Shown piece after piece: positions 19,091-27,942 of a DNA stretch of 44,335 nucleotides. The stretch is from Sulfurospirillum sp. Its GTDB lineage: Bacteria > Campylobacterota > Campylobacteria > Campylobacterales > Sulfurospirillaceae. The stretch spans positions 1-44,335 of the forward strand of contig JAVHRG010000177.1 in NCBI GenBank assembly GCA_036171535.1, in the 5' to 3' direction. The notes under the pieces are model-generated. The model had not been told where the DNA came from. It did not search any database and saw only the letters and a list, made by a program, of their open reading frames with translations. Within the stretch, counting starts at the first letter, position 1. Each line of letters begins with the position of its first letter. The position numbers and the translations under genes are program-made.

Positions 19091-19501
19091 ATGATGACAT
19101 TTGAGACATTTATACACCAACATGAAATGCTAGGTATCTCGTTTGAAGCGTACCTTTATAGAATGGCCGATAGATTTAGTGCTAACTATCAAGGAGGATA
19201 CTGGAAGTCTAAATCCTTAGAGGGTTGCCACGATTTCTTTTATTTAGAGCTTGACGATAACACCTTGTATACCATTTCCAATGATCAAAACGATTATGAC
19301 AACGGTCCAATGGATAGTAAAGTATACAGCTTGAGTATTTTTGCGTATGCGCTTAATACCTTTGGGTATCACCTTTATAACCAAGGAAAGATTGATGCAT
19401 CGGAAGATTTCTTTCGTGTGTATCAGCTCGTCTTTGCCAACGCCCTTGTTATTCTAGGCGATGAAGAAAAACACGCACAATTTTATTGGTTTTTAGACTA
19501 A
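19091..19501 (+). CDS. Antirestriction protein, ArdB/KlcA family
   Basis: DRFSANYQGGYW motif and C-terminal ...FYWFLD ending are typical of ArdB/KlcA. Confidence 0.8.
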   Translation: MMTFETFIHQHEMLGISFEAYLYRMADRFSANYQGGYWKSKSLEGCHDFFYLELDDNTLYTISNDQNDYDNGPMDSKVYSLSIFAYALNTFGYHLYNQGKIDASEDFFRVYQLVFANALVILGDEEKHAQFYWFLD

Positions 19502-19506
19502 GTTCA

Positions 19507-19546
19507 CTCCAAGAGGGAGTCGGTCAGTTTTGGCTCCCTTTTTGGG
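19507..19546 (+). repeat. Leader hairpin family copy 4
   Basis: CTCCAAGAGGGAGTC...GGCTCCCTTTTTGGG. Confidence 0.75.
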
Positions 19547-19577
19547 TAGCCAAATGGTTACTCAAAGGAGGGTGACA

Positions 19578-19679
19578 ATGTGCTATTTGAGAGAAAAATA
19601 TGACAAAAAATGCTTCAAGCAGCCCATAGGCAAAGTGCTTAGTCGCGGTATTGAATCAATCACTAAGCAGGAGCATTAG
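19578..19679 (+). CDS. 33-aa microprotein
   Basis: AAGGAGG RBS, MCYLREKYDKKCFKQPIGKVLSRGIESITKQEH; next ATG 2 nt after the stop. Confidence 0.55.
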   Translation: MCYLREKYDKKCFKQPIGKVLSRGIESITKQEH

Positions 19680-19680
19680 C

Positions 19681-19860
19681 ATGATAGGGGTGGAGATTTA
19701 CCTTGTATTGGTGCTGTTGTTATCGGGCAGCATGGTTGTTTTCAACAAGAAAGCATTGGAGAAAAAGTCGCTGTTTGAAGCGTGGATGTTTTTTACATTT
19801 ATCCCGATAACGGCCATCATAATTTTAATTGAAATGATCTTTGAGGAGAAAAGAAAATGA
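19681..19860 (+). CDS. Small two-TM membrane protein
   Basis: AGGAG RBS, hydrophobic; ATGA overlap with the HD gene. Confidence 0.65.
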   Translation: MIGVEIYLVLVLLLSGSMVVFNKKALEKKSLFEAWMFFTFIPITAIIILIEMIFEEKRK

Positions 19861-20402
19861 GCAGCGTGTTAAATTATCAAGGACGAATCCTTAACCCTCT
19901 TGATTTAAAAGATGAGGATTTTGAGAATTTGGGGATGCAACTGGCCATCACGCTTAGTCGTGTTCAGCGCTTTTGGGCGCAATGTCGGGAAAGCTATACG
20001 GTGGCACAACATTGTTTATCAATGGTTGGGCTGTTTGAAGGTGACGTTGAAGCGCAAAAATGGGCACTAGGCCATGAGGTTTTCGAAGGACTAACAGGGA
20101 TGGATGTCCCCTCTCCGATTAAACACAGTCTAGTCTATTTGCCGTACAAAGAAGCCGAAGATAGAGCTTTAGAGCAGTTTGCAAGGCTCTATAGCCTAAC
20201 ACCATCCATGCCCTTAGAGGTTAAACAAGCCGATAAGGCGTTAATGGTGATGGAAGCAGAAGCACTCATGCCCTTTAATGCACAAATCAACTGGAGAGAT
20301 ATCGCAATCCCTCAAGGTTTTTTGTACAAATTAGGAGCAAGCTCTGATGAAATCAAACAAGATTTTTTTAACAAATGGCAAGAGCTGTTTGGAAGAATTT
20401 AA
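19857..20402 (+). CDS. HD-superfamily phosphohydrolase (YfbR/YfdR-like, phage/plasmid type)
   Basis: RF...YTVAQHC, ALGHEVFEGLTGMDVPSPIK, VKQAD; HE in place of HD. Confidence 0.8.
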   Translation: MSSVLNYQGRILNPLDLKDEDFENLGMQLAITLSRVQRFWAQCRESYTVAQHCLSMVGLFEGDVEAQKWALGHEVFEGLTGMDVPSPIKHSLVYLPYKEAEDRALEQFARLYSLTPSMPLEVKQADKALMVMEAEALMPFNAQINWRDIAIPQGFLYKLGASSDEIKQDFFNKWQELFGRI

Positions 20403-20844
20403 TCATGAACAAGTTTAGGCTATTTAGATTTATTTTAGAAATTAAAATGGCATTAAATAACCCTTATAACAAAAGAGATATGGCGCTAGGATTATAGGTA
20501 AATAGAATGTATGGGCTTTTAAATGAGCACAGCATCGTTTCATTTGCCGTAACGCTAGGTTCCTTTTGTGTTATAATTAGGGCAAATAAAAAAATAAGGA
20601 GGATGAAAAAATGCGTATCGGTCAAATGATTGTGCTTGGCATCACCCTTGTTCTTGTCGTAATGACGTATTTTGATGACAAAAAAGACAAAAAACACAAA
20701 CCAATACATTAAGCAAAAAAGCATTCTATCATCGAGCCTTTTTGTAGTTTCATCTTCAATAAAACCATCATAAAATTTTGCAAATGTTGCCTTTAGCATA
20801 ATGCTAAAACCATAAAGCACGTCTGCAATATTTAATCCGTTTAA

Positions 20845-20893
20845 CTCCATAAGGGAGTTTTAGCCACTTGGCTATCTACTCCCTTATAGGGAG
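20845..20893 (+). repeat. Leader hairpin family copy 5
   Basis: CTCCATAAGGGAGT-(TAGCCA CT TGGCTA)-ACTCCCTTATAGGGAG. Confidence 0.8.
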
Positions 20894-20921
20894 AGGTATG
20901 CCCTTTCCTAAGGAGAAAAAA

Positions 20922-21170
20922 ATGAAAAATAATCAAGTCTTTGCGCTTATCCTTAAGAGCATAGGTGTAGCAACAACATTCCACAAATGTGGTGATGTCT
21001 ATAAAACACACAATACCCCTATCCAATACATCTTTGACACAACACAGCAAAGGATTACCTGCATCAAGCCTATCACGGTCTTTAATGGCTACGAGTATGT
21101 AAAAGAGTATGTGAATGAGCAATACGCACTAACACACAGTGATGGTCGTATTTGTTTATCACGAGTGTAG
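20922..21170 (+). CDS. Hypothetical protein (MKNNQVF...)
   Basis: AAGGAG RBS before ATG 20922. Confidence 0.65.
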   Translation: MKNNQVFALILKSIGVATTFHKCGDVYKTHNTPIQYIFDTTQQRITCIKPITVFNGYEYVKEYVNEQYALTHSDGRICLSRV

Positions 21171-21180
21171 GGGGTGTGGT

Positions 21181-21405
21181 ATGTTTTTCTTTTGTCAATG
21201 TTGTGGGAGAGCCTTAAGCAATCCCATCTCGATGTTAAGAGGATTTGGACCTGAGTGTGCCCATAGATTAGGTATTGGGTGTGCAGACAGTGGTGTGAGA
21301 CTGACGCGCCAACAACGAAGAAGTGACGGGTCACCAAGGCCAACCCAAACAAACATTTGGGACTTTTTCACACACATGGAAGGAGAGAGAAGATGTGTAT
21401 CATAA
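21181..21405 (+). CDS. DUF6011-like zinc-binding protein
   Basis: CQCCGRALSNPISMLRGFGPECA matches the CxxCGRxLxxxxSxxxGxGPxC pattern. Confidence 0.7.
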   Translation: MFFFCQCCGRALSNPISMLRGFGPECAHRLGIGCADSGVRLTRQQRRSDGSPRPTQTNIWDFFTHMEGERRCVS

Positions 21406-22676
21406 TTTCTAAACCCAAACATAAAATGATCCCAAAAGAGCATCTTGTCAATTCGTACGCCAACAATAAAGATGGTGTCGGCATCATGTATGCGCAAGAG
21501 GGTCGCGTAAAAATAGAAAAATGGCTCAATCAAGATTATGACAAATTTTTGCTGCGTCTTGCAGAGCTGGAAAATAAAAACGTGGTCGTTCACTATCGAG
21601 CAGCTAGTGTTGGAGGGGTTAATCTAAGCAATGTTCATCCGTTTTGGGTGTTTGAAAACAAGATGGCAATGTGTCACAACGGGACGATTTCAAAAGCAAA
21701 AGAGCTTGCAAAAGAGGGTGAGTCTGACTCGTGCGCTTTTGCAAGAATGCTCTCAGAAATGCCCGCTGATTTTCTGGGACGTCACGGTCTGGTGTTGATG
21801 ATGAAAGAGTACATTGGCACCCAATCAAGACTGGCGTTTTTAGACGAAAATGGAACGATTGCCATTATTAACAAACAGCTAGGCAAAGAGATTGATGGGA
21901 TTTGGTATTCCAACGACTACTTTGAGCGGGTGTATCGAAACAGAGGTAGTGGTGTTGAATTTCCAAGCTGCTCCAATGACGCACAATGGTTTGATCGCAA
22001 GATAAATACAAACATTGAGGCGTATGGAGGCATTTTTGAATTTGACAGAACATCGCCGATGGCTACGGTGCCTTTGAGATACAAAGCCATCAATAAAGCA
22101 CTAAGTGACACAAAAGCAAACACAGTCTATGTATTTACGTATGGCACGCTCAAACGAGGATACTGCAACAATAGATGCCTTGGAAAAGATGCGAAATTCA
22201 TTGGAAATGCTGTGACAACATCAAAATACCCAATGCTTGATGGCAGTTTTCCTTATATGTTGGACAGGCCAAATGAAGGTCATTGTGTTAAAGGTGAAAT
22301 GTGGGAAATACCAATCAAGCAACTCTTATTAGAGGTAGATAGGTTAGAGGGGTATCCCACACATTATCTAAGACGTGTGATTGAAGTGGTCACAACAGCA
22401 GGTGTTTATAAAGCGATTACTTACTTTAAAGCCAAGGTATCGGCACACGATCTTCAAAAAAACTACATTAGCGAATGGATAGGACAAGGAAGCATGTTTC
22501 ATTCAAACATTGAAGATGCGTACTTAAGCGATAAATTGGACGATGACTATGAAGATGAACTCGATTATACAGACTACAGGTGTCATGCCTGTGGATATAG
22601 TGCCAAAGGCGCCATATTTATGGAGCAAGGATGTTGCCCACAATGCATGTCGTCTGATATTGAAATAGCGTTTTAA
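21393..22676 (+). CDS. Class II (Ntn) glutamine amidotransferase fused to gamma-glutamylcyclotransferase (AIG2-like) and C-terminal Zn ribbon
   Basis: True start MCII (Cys2), NKDGVG, HYRAAS, NVHPF, HNGTI, ESDS; GGCT motifs VFTYGTLKRG, VKGE, DRLEGYP; terminal CxxC...CxxC. Confidence 0.88.
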   Translation: MCIIISKPKHKMIPKEHLVNSYANNKDGVGIMYAQEGRVKIEKWLNQDYDKFLLRLAELENKNVVVHYRAASVGGVNLSNVHPFWVFENKMAMCHNGTISKAKELAKEGESDSCAFARMLSEMPADFLGRHGLVLMMKEYIGTQSRLAFLDENGTIAIINKQLGKEIDGIWYSNDYFERVYRNRGSGVEFPSCSNDAQWFDRKINTNIEAYGGIFEFDRTSPMATVPLRYKAINKALSDTKANTVYVFTYGTLKRGYCNNRCLGKDAKFIGNAVTTSKYPMLDGSFPYMLDRPNEGHCVKGEMWEIPIKQLLLEVDRLEGYPTHYLRRVIEVVTTAGVYKAITYFKAKVSAHDLQKNYISEWIGQGSMFHSNIEDAYLSDKLDDDYEDELDYTDYRCHACGYSAKGAIFMEQGCCPQCMSSDIEIAF

Positions 22677-22682
22677 TAAACA

Positions 22683-22726
22683 ACTACCCCAAAAGAGGGA
22701 GAGATATTCTCCCTCTAGGGGGTGGT
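22683..22726 (+). repeat. Leader hairpin family copy 6
   Basis: ACTACCCC-AAA-AGAGGGAGA...TCTCCCTCT-AG-GGGGTGGT. Confidence 0.8.
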
Positions 22727-22766
22727 ATGTCTTTTTTTCTTTGGGGCAATCTCAAGGAGAAAAACC

Positions 22767-24542
22767 ATGTTAACACTACTAAATGCCATAAACAACCAAA
22801 GGATTTCTCAGTTAAGAGAGTCATTGGTTCCCATGAATGCAACCAATGCGGTAGACGTTCTTTCTCACATCGTCCAATCTAGCATGACACACTACACGAT
22901 TTCTATTTTTGTAGCAGAAGTGTTGTATTGGTGTGAGGATACGCAAATATATGCCCAGAACAATCGAAGTAAATACCCAAAGGTTCTTTACCAGGCTTTA
23001 GAAATAGCGGGTGAGCGTGCATCGGATAGCCTAAAGATCAAACTAAAGGCTGTTGGCCAAAAGGTGCGACGTCTTAAAGAGCTTCTGAAAACAGAATCAA
23101 ATCCCAATAAAAAAGATACCACAGGTAATAGTGCCATGCATTATGCGGTAGAACTTGGCCTAAACAGTGTTGTAAAGGGCTTTTTGATTATTGGTGGCGA
23201 TATGAATCTTCTCAATCGTCAAGAAGATACCCCTTGTCACATAGCCGCAAGACTTGGACGAAGAGTTCTTTTGGAAGAGATTCTTTTTGGGCGCTCAATG
23301 GAAGAAAGAATTGACTGGGAAAAACAAGGTCAAAAGCTCGATGCACTTCTGCAAAGCGAGTGGGGCAATGCCAGATGGATACTTTTGATGTTTAGAAGGC
23401 TCAACAAACCTCTTGCTCAAGGATTGGTTTGGACAGAATTTATGGATGAGCCGCTTCTCATTGAAGAAGCCATCCGCGTTGATTATTGCGGGAGAATAGT
23501 ATGGGCTCCTAAGGATTCATGCGAAAAATGTCCCTGCTGCTCAAAGCTTGTTTACCAAGGAGAATTAATAGGTTCTATCGCATGTCAAGCATGCATGGAA
23601 GATGAAATAAAAGAGATCAAAGATGAAGTCTCTGGCAAAAATATTCCCTTGCGTTTTGCAAAAAGAACACGCGAGGGTATTGTAACACACCAAGATACTT
23701 CGGTTGAATGTAAGGTGAGAGGGTACCATTGTAGACCATGTCTCAATTTTTTTAAGCTTCCAGGCGAGCCAAATGCAAAACGATTTTATGGTTTTGAGTT
23801 AGAGCTTGTTTTGGAAAACCAAAAAAGAGTGATATTGGCTTCCACCTGTATCGATGTAAGGGCAGGAAATGAATTGTATATGAACGCTGATAGTTCTATT
23901 CGTGCACACGATGAGAATGGTGAGACATTTGGAAGTTTAGGCTCAAGCTTTGAGCTGATTTCACATCCAATGACCCTTGGGTACATCAAAGAGTCTAAAA
24001 AGCTAGACGAGGCCTTTTATGTCTTACAAGACGCAAGGGCGCGATCGTTACAGAATAGCTCAACGGGATTACACGTTCACATCTCACGCGAAGGGTATAA
24101 AAATAATGAACATATGATGCGGTTTCATACATTCTTTTACGCGCCACACAATGCTGGTTTTATAGAACATATGGCTGGACGGGCACGAAATGGTTATCAA
24201 AACAGTCGTCAATCTACGCCACCATCTAATTTTCTTGGTGGTACACGCTATGAAATGCTGAACTACAACAATAGCAATACGGTTGAAGTTCGGCTCTTTA
24301 AAGGAGCTGTTGGTAAAGATTGGTTGGTTGAAAAAGTTGAATTTCTTGATTGTTTAATCGAGTTTTGTGAAACGGATATAGCGTTGATGGTTGAAGAATT
24401 TGAAGCCTTTGCATACAAGCAAGGTGCGTATGAAGGTGAAGGGAAAAAGAGGAAGTTTGTTTACACCTATCCTCAGCTTATAAGCTTTTTTGAAATCAAA
24501 AAGGCAAAACAAAAATCCATTCCATTTTTGTATGTAGCTTAA
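22767..24542 (+). CDS. Ankyrin-repeat + Zn-finger + amidoligase (COOH-NH2 ligase, Amidoligase_2-like) protein
   Basis: Ankyrin motifs GNSAMHYA and DTPCHIAA; CxxC pairs; ligase motifs YGFELE, DSSI, FELISHP, STGLHVHISR, RYxxLN, TVEVRLF. Confidence 0.82.
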   Translation: MLTLLNAINNQRISQLRESLVPMNATNAVDVLSHIVQSSMTHYTISIFVAEVLYWCEDTQIYAQNNRSKYPKVLYQALEIAGERASDSLKIKLKAVGQKVRRLKELLKTESNPNKKDTTGNSAMHYAVELGLNSVVKGFLIIGGDMNLLNRQEDTPCHIAARLGRRVLLEEILFGRSMEERIDWEKQGQKLDALLQSEWGNARWILLMFRRLNKPLAQGLVWTEFMDEPLLIEEAIRVDYCGRIVWAPKDSCEKCPCCSKLVYQGELIGSIACQACMEDEIKEIKDEVSGKNIPLRFAKRTREGIVTHQDTSVECKVRGYHCRPCLNFFKLPGEPNAKRFYGFELELVLENQKRVILASTCIDVRAGNELYMNADSSIRAHDENGETFGSLGSSFELISHPMTLGYIKESKKLDEAFYVLQDARARSLQNSSTGLHVHISREGYKNNEHMMRFHTFFYAPHNAGFIEHMAGRARNGYQNSRQSTPPSNFLGGTRYEMLNYNNSNTVEVRLFKGAVGKDWLVEKVEFLDCLIEFCETDIALMVEEFEAFAYKQGAYEGEGKKRKFVYTYPQLISFFEIKKAKQKSIPFLYVA

Positions 24543-24559
24543 TCAGTAGTGTTGCTTCG

Positions 24560-24602
24560 GCTAACCCAATGAGGGAGTAGGTTATTCCCTCTTAGGGATA
24601 GC
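24560..24602 (+). repeat. Leader hairpin family copy 7
   Basis: GCTAACCC-AAT-GAGGGAGTA-GGT-TATTCCCTC-TTA-GGGATAGC. Confidence 0.8.
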
Positions 24603-24642
24603 TCTATTCTCTTGGAAATGAATGTCTAGGAGGACAAAGAAA

Positions 24643-24867
24643 ATGGCAACGTTAGTATTTGAAACAGCACGTCAGGGGAAAATCGCACTAGTGAATCATT
24701 TTTATGATAATAAAACGGGCGAAGAGATTGATTATATTGAAAACAATTTTAATATCCATTGTGAGCGTTTATCTCAAAATGTTGAACAATATTGTGATGC
24801 GCCACGATTAATTGCTATTGAGGCAATCGAGGCTTTTCGTGAGTTTTGTAGTGAGGAGGTTGCGTAA
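24643..24867 (+). CDS. Hypothetical protein
   Basis: AGGAGG RBS, MATLVFE; coupled to the next gene. Confidence 0.65.
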   Translation: MATLVFETARQGKIALVNHFYDNKTGEEIDYIENNFNIHCERLSQNVEQYCDAPRLIAIEAIEAFREFCSEEVA

Positions 24868-25106
24868 TGGAAAAGGAAATTTTTACAGTCATTATAGTTT
24901 TAGTATTTGGTGGTATTGATTCAGTAGAGACATTTGCAACCCAAGAGGAGGCGAATCGTCGCATCATTGAATGGGCAAACGAAAACAATCCAGATTGCAT
25001 CTCTTTTGAGACAGCATTTGAAGCGTTGGAGTGGTTTAGAATCAATGATGAGCTAGTCGATAATACAATCCAGCTTTACACAAGCACAATCAATCACAAA
25101 ACATGA
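24867..25106 (+). CDS. Hypothetical acidic protein
   Basis: GAGGAGG RBS; TAATG overlap. Confidence 0.65.
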   Translation: MEKEIFTVIIVLVFGGIDSVETFATQEEANRRIIEWANENNPDCISFETAFEALEWFRINDELVDNTIQLYTSTINHKT

Positions 25107-25213
25107 GGCATTAATTCAATAAGGATACGAAATACCAAAATAACGTGAAATTGTTATTGGATTTATGAAGAATTTCTACATTCAAAAAACTTGCTTTTGC
25201 CATTAGGCATTTA

Positions 25214-27904
25214 GTGCGACTTGTTGAACAGTAAAAAGCTGTTCTAATCCCGTAATTATGGGGTTAAACTAATAATTTGAAGAGTGGAATGATAGGGTAA
25301 CGCCTTGAAACGCTCTCCCTAATACTCCGATAGGCGGTAAGATTCGTTAAAAGCAAACGGTCTAAAGCTCGGTGAAGTCGGCTAAGAGGATACCCAAACA
25401 GATAATGCTGTGGAAATGCGAACCAGAGGTGGTCGAGTATCTGATAGGTCGGGGGTCTATAAAATTCTCATGGTGAGAATGTTTGTAAAAACTGACGAAT
25501 TTCCGAATGTAAGGGTCTAAACCTAAAGTATACAGAAATGTATATCCTAGCAATAAGGCAAGTGTGGAAGAGTAAGAATTGAATGTATGAAACTCCATAT
25601 ACCGCAATAGGCGGTATCAAGCTTGCAGGCTCATAGGAAACACCTAAAGGAATATGTACAGATAAAATTATAGGAACAAGGTAAGCGTTGGATACGGAGA
25701 CTTAACGGTCAATGAAGTAGTGAGGTGCATAAGACATAAGACCTCTTAATCAACGTGAAAGTGAAGCCACGAGCAATGAAGCTTCTGTAATGGAAGTAGA
25801 GCAAAAGGCTTTAGCCAAGGTATTAACACAAGTACCAACTATAACCAACATCAAAGGTTCGAGTATGACTAAGAGAGGCGAAATTCAGCAATGAAAGGAG
25901 CCGACTTTGAGTAAAATCATAGAGAACCCAAAGCGACAAACATTACGCAACAACGAATATTATGACTTCCAAGTTATTCAAGATCAACTGTATGCGGATA
26001 GCTCTAAGGGCAAGACATTTACCAATCTAATGAGTAAAATCATAGATAGGAACAATGTCTTATTAGCATATCGAAACATCAAGAAAAACACAGGAAGTAA
26101 CACCAAGGGAACAGACGGTAAAACGATTGCTTATTTAGCAAGAATGGAACCTGATGAACTCGTTAAGTTTGTTGAAGCGAAATTAAGAAATTACCAACCC
26201 CAAGCGGTACGCAGAGTAGAAATACCAAAGCCAGACGGTAAGATGAGACCTTTAGGCATACCTACCATTAGTGATAGGTTAGTCCAACAATGTATACTTC
26301 AAGTGTTAGAGCCAATTTGCGAAGCAAAGTTTTATAAACACAGCTATGGTTTCAGACCTTTGAGAGGAACGAAACACGCTATAGCCAGAGCGTATCACTT
26401 AGCCCAACAAACAAATCTTCATTATGTCGTAGACGTTGACATCAAAGGTTTCTTTGACAACATCGACCACGGTAAAATGCTCAAGCAATTATGGACATTA
26501 GGAATTAGGGATAAATCGCTTCTTGTGATTTTATCAAAGCTCCTAAAAGCAGAAATTGAAGGAATTGGAACTCCAGAGAGAGGAACTCCTCAAGGCGGCA
26601 TCATATCGCCCTTGTTAGCCAATGTTGCTCTTAATGAGTTTGATCATTGGATCTCAAGTCAATGGGAAGAAATATTCACGGAAAAGAACTACATTTACCT
26701 TCACAAAGGGAAAATGGGAAAAAGCCGTAAATACCAAGTTCTAAAACAATCCAATCTCAAAGAAGTCTATATCGTAAGATATGCCGATGACTTCAAACTC
26801 TTCTGTCGTAACCACAATCACGCAAAACGTATCTTTGAAGCCACTAAACTATGGCTCAAGGAAAGACTAGGACTTGAAATAAGCCCTGAAAAATCAAAGA
26901 TAGTCAATCTTCGGAAAAACTATTCAGATTTTCTAGGCATTAGGATCAAAGTCACCACAAAGGGTAAGGTAAAGACTAAAAACGATAACAAATGGGTTGT
27001 AAAATCTAACATAGGTCTAAAAGCCTTCAAAAAGATACTAACAACCATAAGAGAACACGCAAAGACTGTGCAGAGAAATAGAAACGAAAGCGCAGTCATG
27101 CGCCTGAACTCCTATATCATCGGTGTACACAATTATTACAATTGTGCCACTAACTGCAACTTAGACTTTAGTACAATCGCCTATCGTACTCGTTCAATCC
27201 TCAAGAATAGATTGAAACTACGCAAAGCTAAAGAGAAAGAACCTATACCAAAATACATAAAGGATATGTACGGAAAAAGTAAACAGCTACGGTTCGTTTA
27301 TAATACTCCACTTATCCCCATAGGATATGCTCAACATCAGAAACAATTTCAATATCGGGGTTACTCGATATATAAAGCGAATGATAGAACGCAAATCCAC
27401 ATCGAACAAAAAGCAGTACCGATTGAAAATCTGAAATACTTAGTAGCTAACCCCATAAGAGGTCAATCTGCTGAATACAACGATAATCGGATATCGCTCT
27501 ATGTCGGACAATATGGGAAATGTTATGTACTGGGTAATACGTTAGATGTAGATGAAATTCATTGTCACCACAAGAAGCCTCGTGCTTTAAATGGTAAGGA
27601 TGAGTATAAGAATCTAGTCATTGTACATGCAAATGTGCATAGGCTGATTCATGCTACGGATAATGAGACAATAAATAGGTATACCAATCTTTTAGAGCTC
27701 AACGCTGAACAACTTGAAAGAGTGAATAAGCTTAGAGTTTTTGCAGGGAATCAATTGATAGCTTAGGGATCTTCTTATGATGTTATTAGGTTACAGTTAG
27801 AAAGGTTTATACAGTGGTGGAACGCCGTGTGCGGTGAAAGTCGCATGCACGGTGTGAATGGGGGGAAAATCTGGAGATTATCTCAAAGGATTACCTATCC
27901 ATAT
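25214..27904 (+). mobile_element. Group II intron, bacterial class B (IIB-like), full length
   Basis: 5' GTGCG at 25214; domain V GAACGCCGTGTGCGGTGAAAGTCGCATGCACGGTGTG at about 27820; domain VI ending ACCTATCCATAT with bulged A 8 nt from the end; EBS1 TGAATG (25580-25585) pairs with exon CATTTA. Confidence 0.9.
25907..27766 (+). CDS. ltrA: Group II intron reverse transcriptase/maturase with C-terminal HNH endonuclease
   Basis: LRNNEYY N-terminus, RPLGIP, SYGFRP, DIKGFFD, GTPQGGIISP, RYADD, HCHH...NL...H; TTG start after AAGGAG. Confidence 0.96.
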   Translation: MSKIIENPKRQTLRNNEYYDFQVIQDQLYADSSKGKTFTNLMSKIIDRNNVLLAYRNIKKNTGSNTKGTDGKTIAYLARMEPDELVKFVEAKLRNYQPQAVRRVEIPKPDGKMRPLGIPTISDRLVQQCILQVLEPICEAKFYKHSYGFRPLRGTKHAIARAYHLAQQTNLHYVVDVDIKGFFDNIDHGKMLKQLWTLGIRDKSLLVILSKLLKAEIEGIGTPERGTPQGGIISPLLANVALNEFDHWISSQWEEIFTEKNYIYLHKGKMGKSRKYQVLKQSNLKEVYIVRYADDFKLFCRNHNHAKRIFEATKLWLKERLGLEISPEKSKIVNLRKNYSDFLGIRIKVTTKGKVKTKNDNKWVVKSNIGLKAFKKILTTIREHAKTVQRNRNESAVMRLNSYIIGVHNYYNCATNCNLDFSTIAYRTRSILKNRLKLRKAKEKEPIPKYIKDMYGKSKQLRFVYNTPLIPIGYAQHQKQFQYRGYSIYKANDRTQIHIEQKAVPIENLKYLVANPIRGQSAEYNDNRISLYVGQYGKCYVLGNTLDVDEIHCHHKKPRALNGKDEYKNLVIVHANVHRLIHATDNETINRYTNLLELNAEQLERVNKLRVFAGNQLIA

Positions 27905-27942
27905 ACCTCTAGGGTTGCATTTCTTCCCTAGGGGGGAATGCC
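27905..27942 (+). repeat. Leader hairpin family copy 8 (3' part; 5' bases GGCATTTA lie at 25206-25213, before the intron)
   Basis: Spliced sequence GGCATTTA|ACCTCTAGGG...CCCTAGGGGGGAATGCC forms a stem closed by GGCATT/AATGCC. Confidence 0.7.

Noticed and set aside
13483-20402. Prophage interpretation of the exonuclease/RecT/SSB/primase/HD block
   Set aside because: No capsid, terminase, tail, lysis or integrase genes in the window, and it adjoins an iteron replicon with parABS. A phage-plasmid cannot be excluded from this window alone.
20464-20850. 128-aa minus-strand ORF
   Set aside because: No clear RBS, no motif, opposite to the array and overlapping a leader hairpin; not supportable.
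25362-25607. 81-aa minus-strand ORF
   Set aside because: Lies within intron RNA domain I; shadow ORF.
25907-27766. RT as a retron, DGR or defence RT
   Set aside because: Complete group II intron RNA boundaries, maturase and HNH domains explain it; no template/variable repeat pair or msr-msd seen.
14847-27942. Hairpin family as a CRISPR array or integron attC cassette array
   Set aside because: Spacing is gene-sized and irregular, copies are not identical, there are no RYYYAAC/GTTRRRY ends, and no cas or integron integrase gene is in the window.
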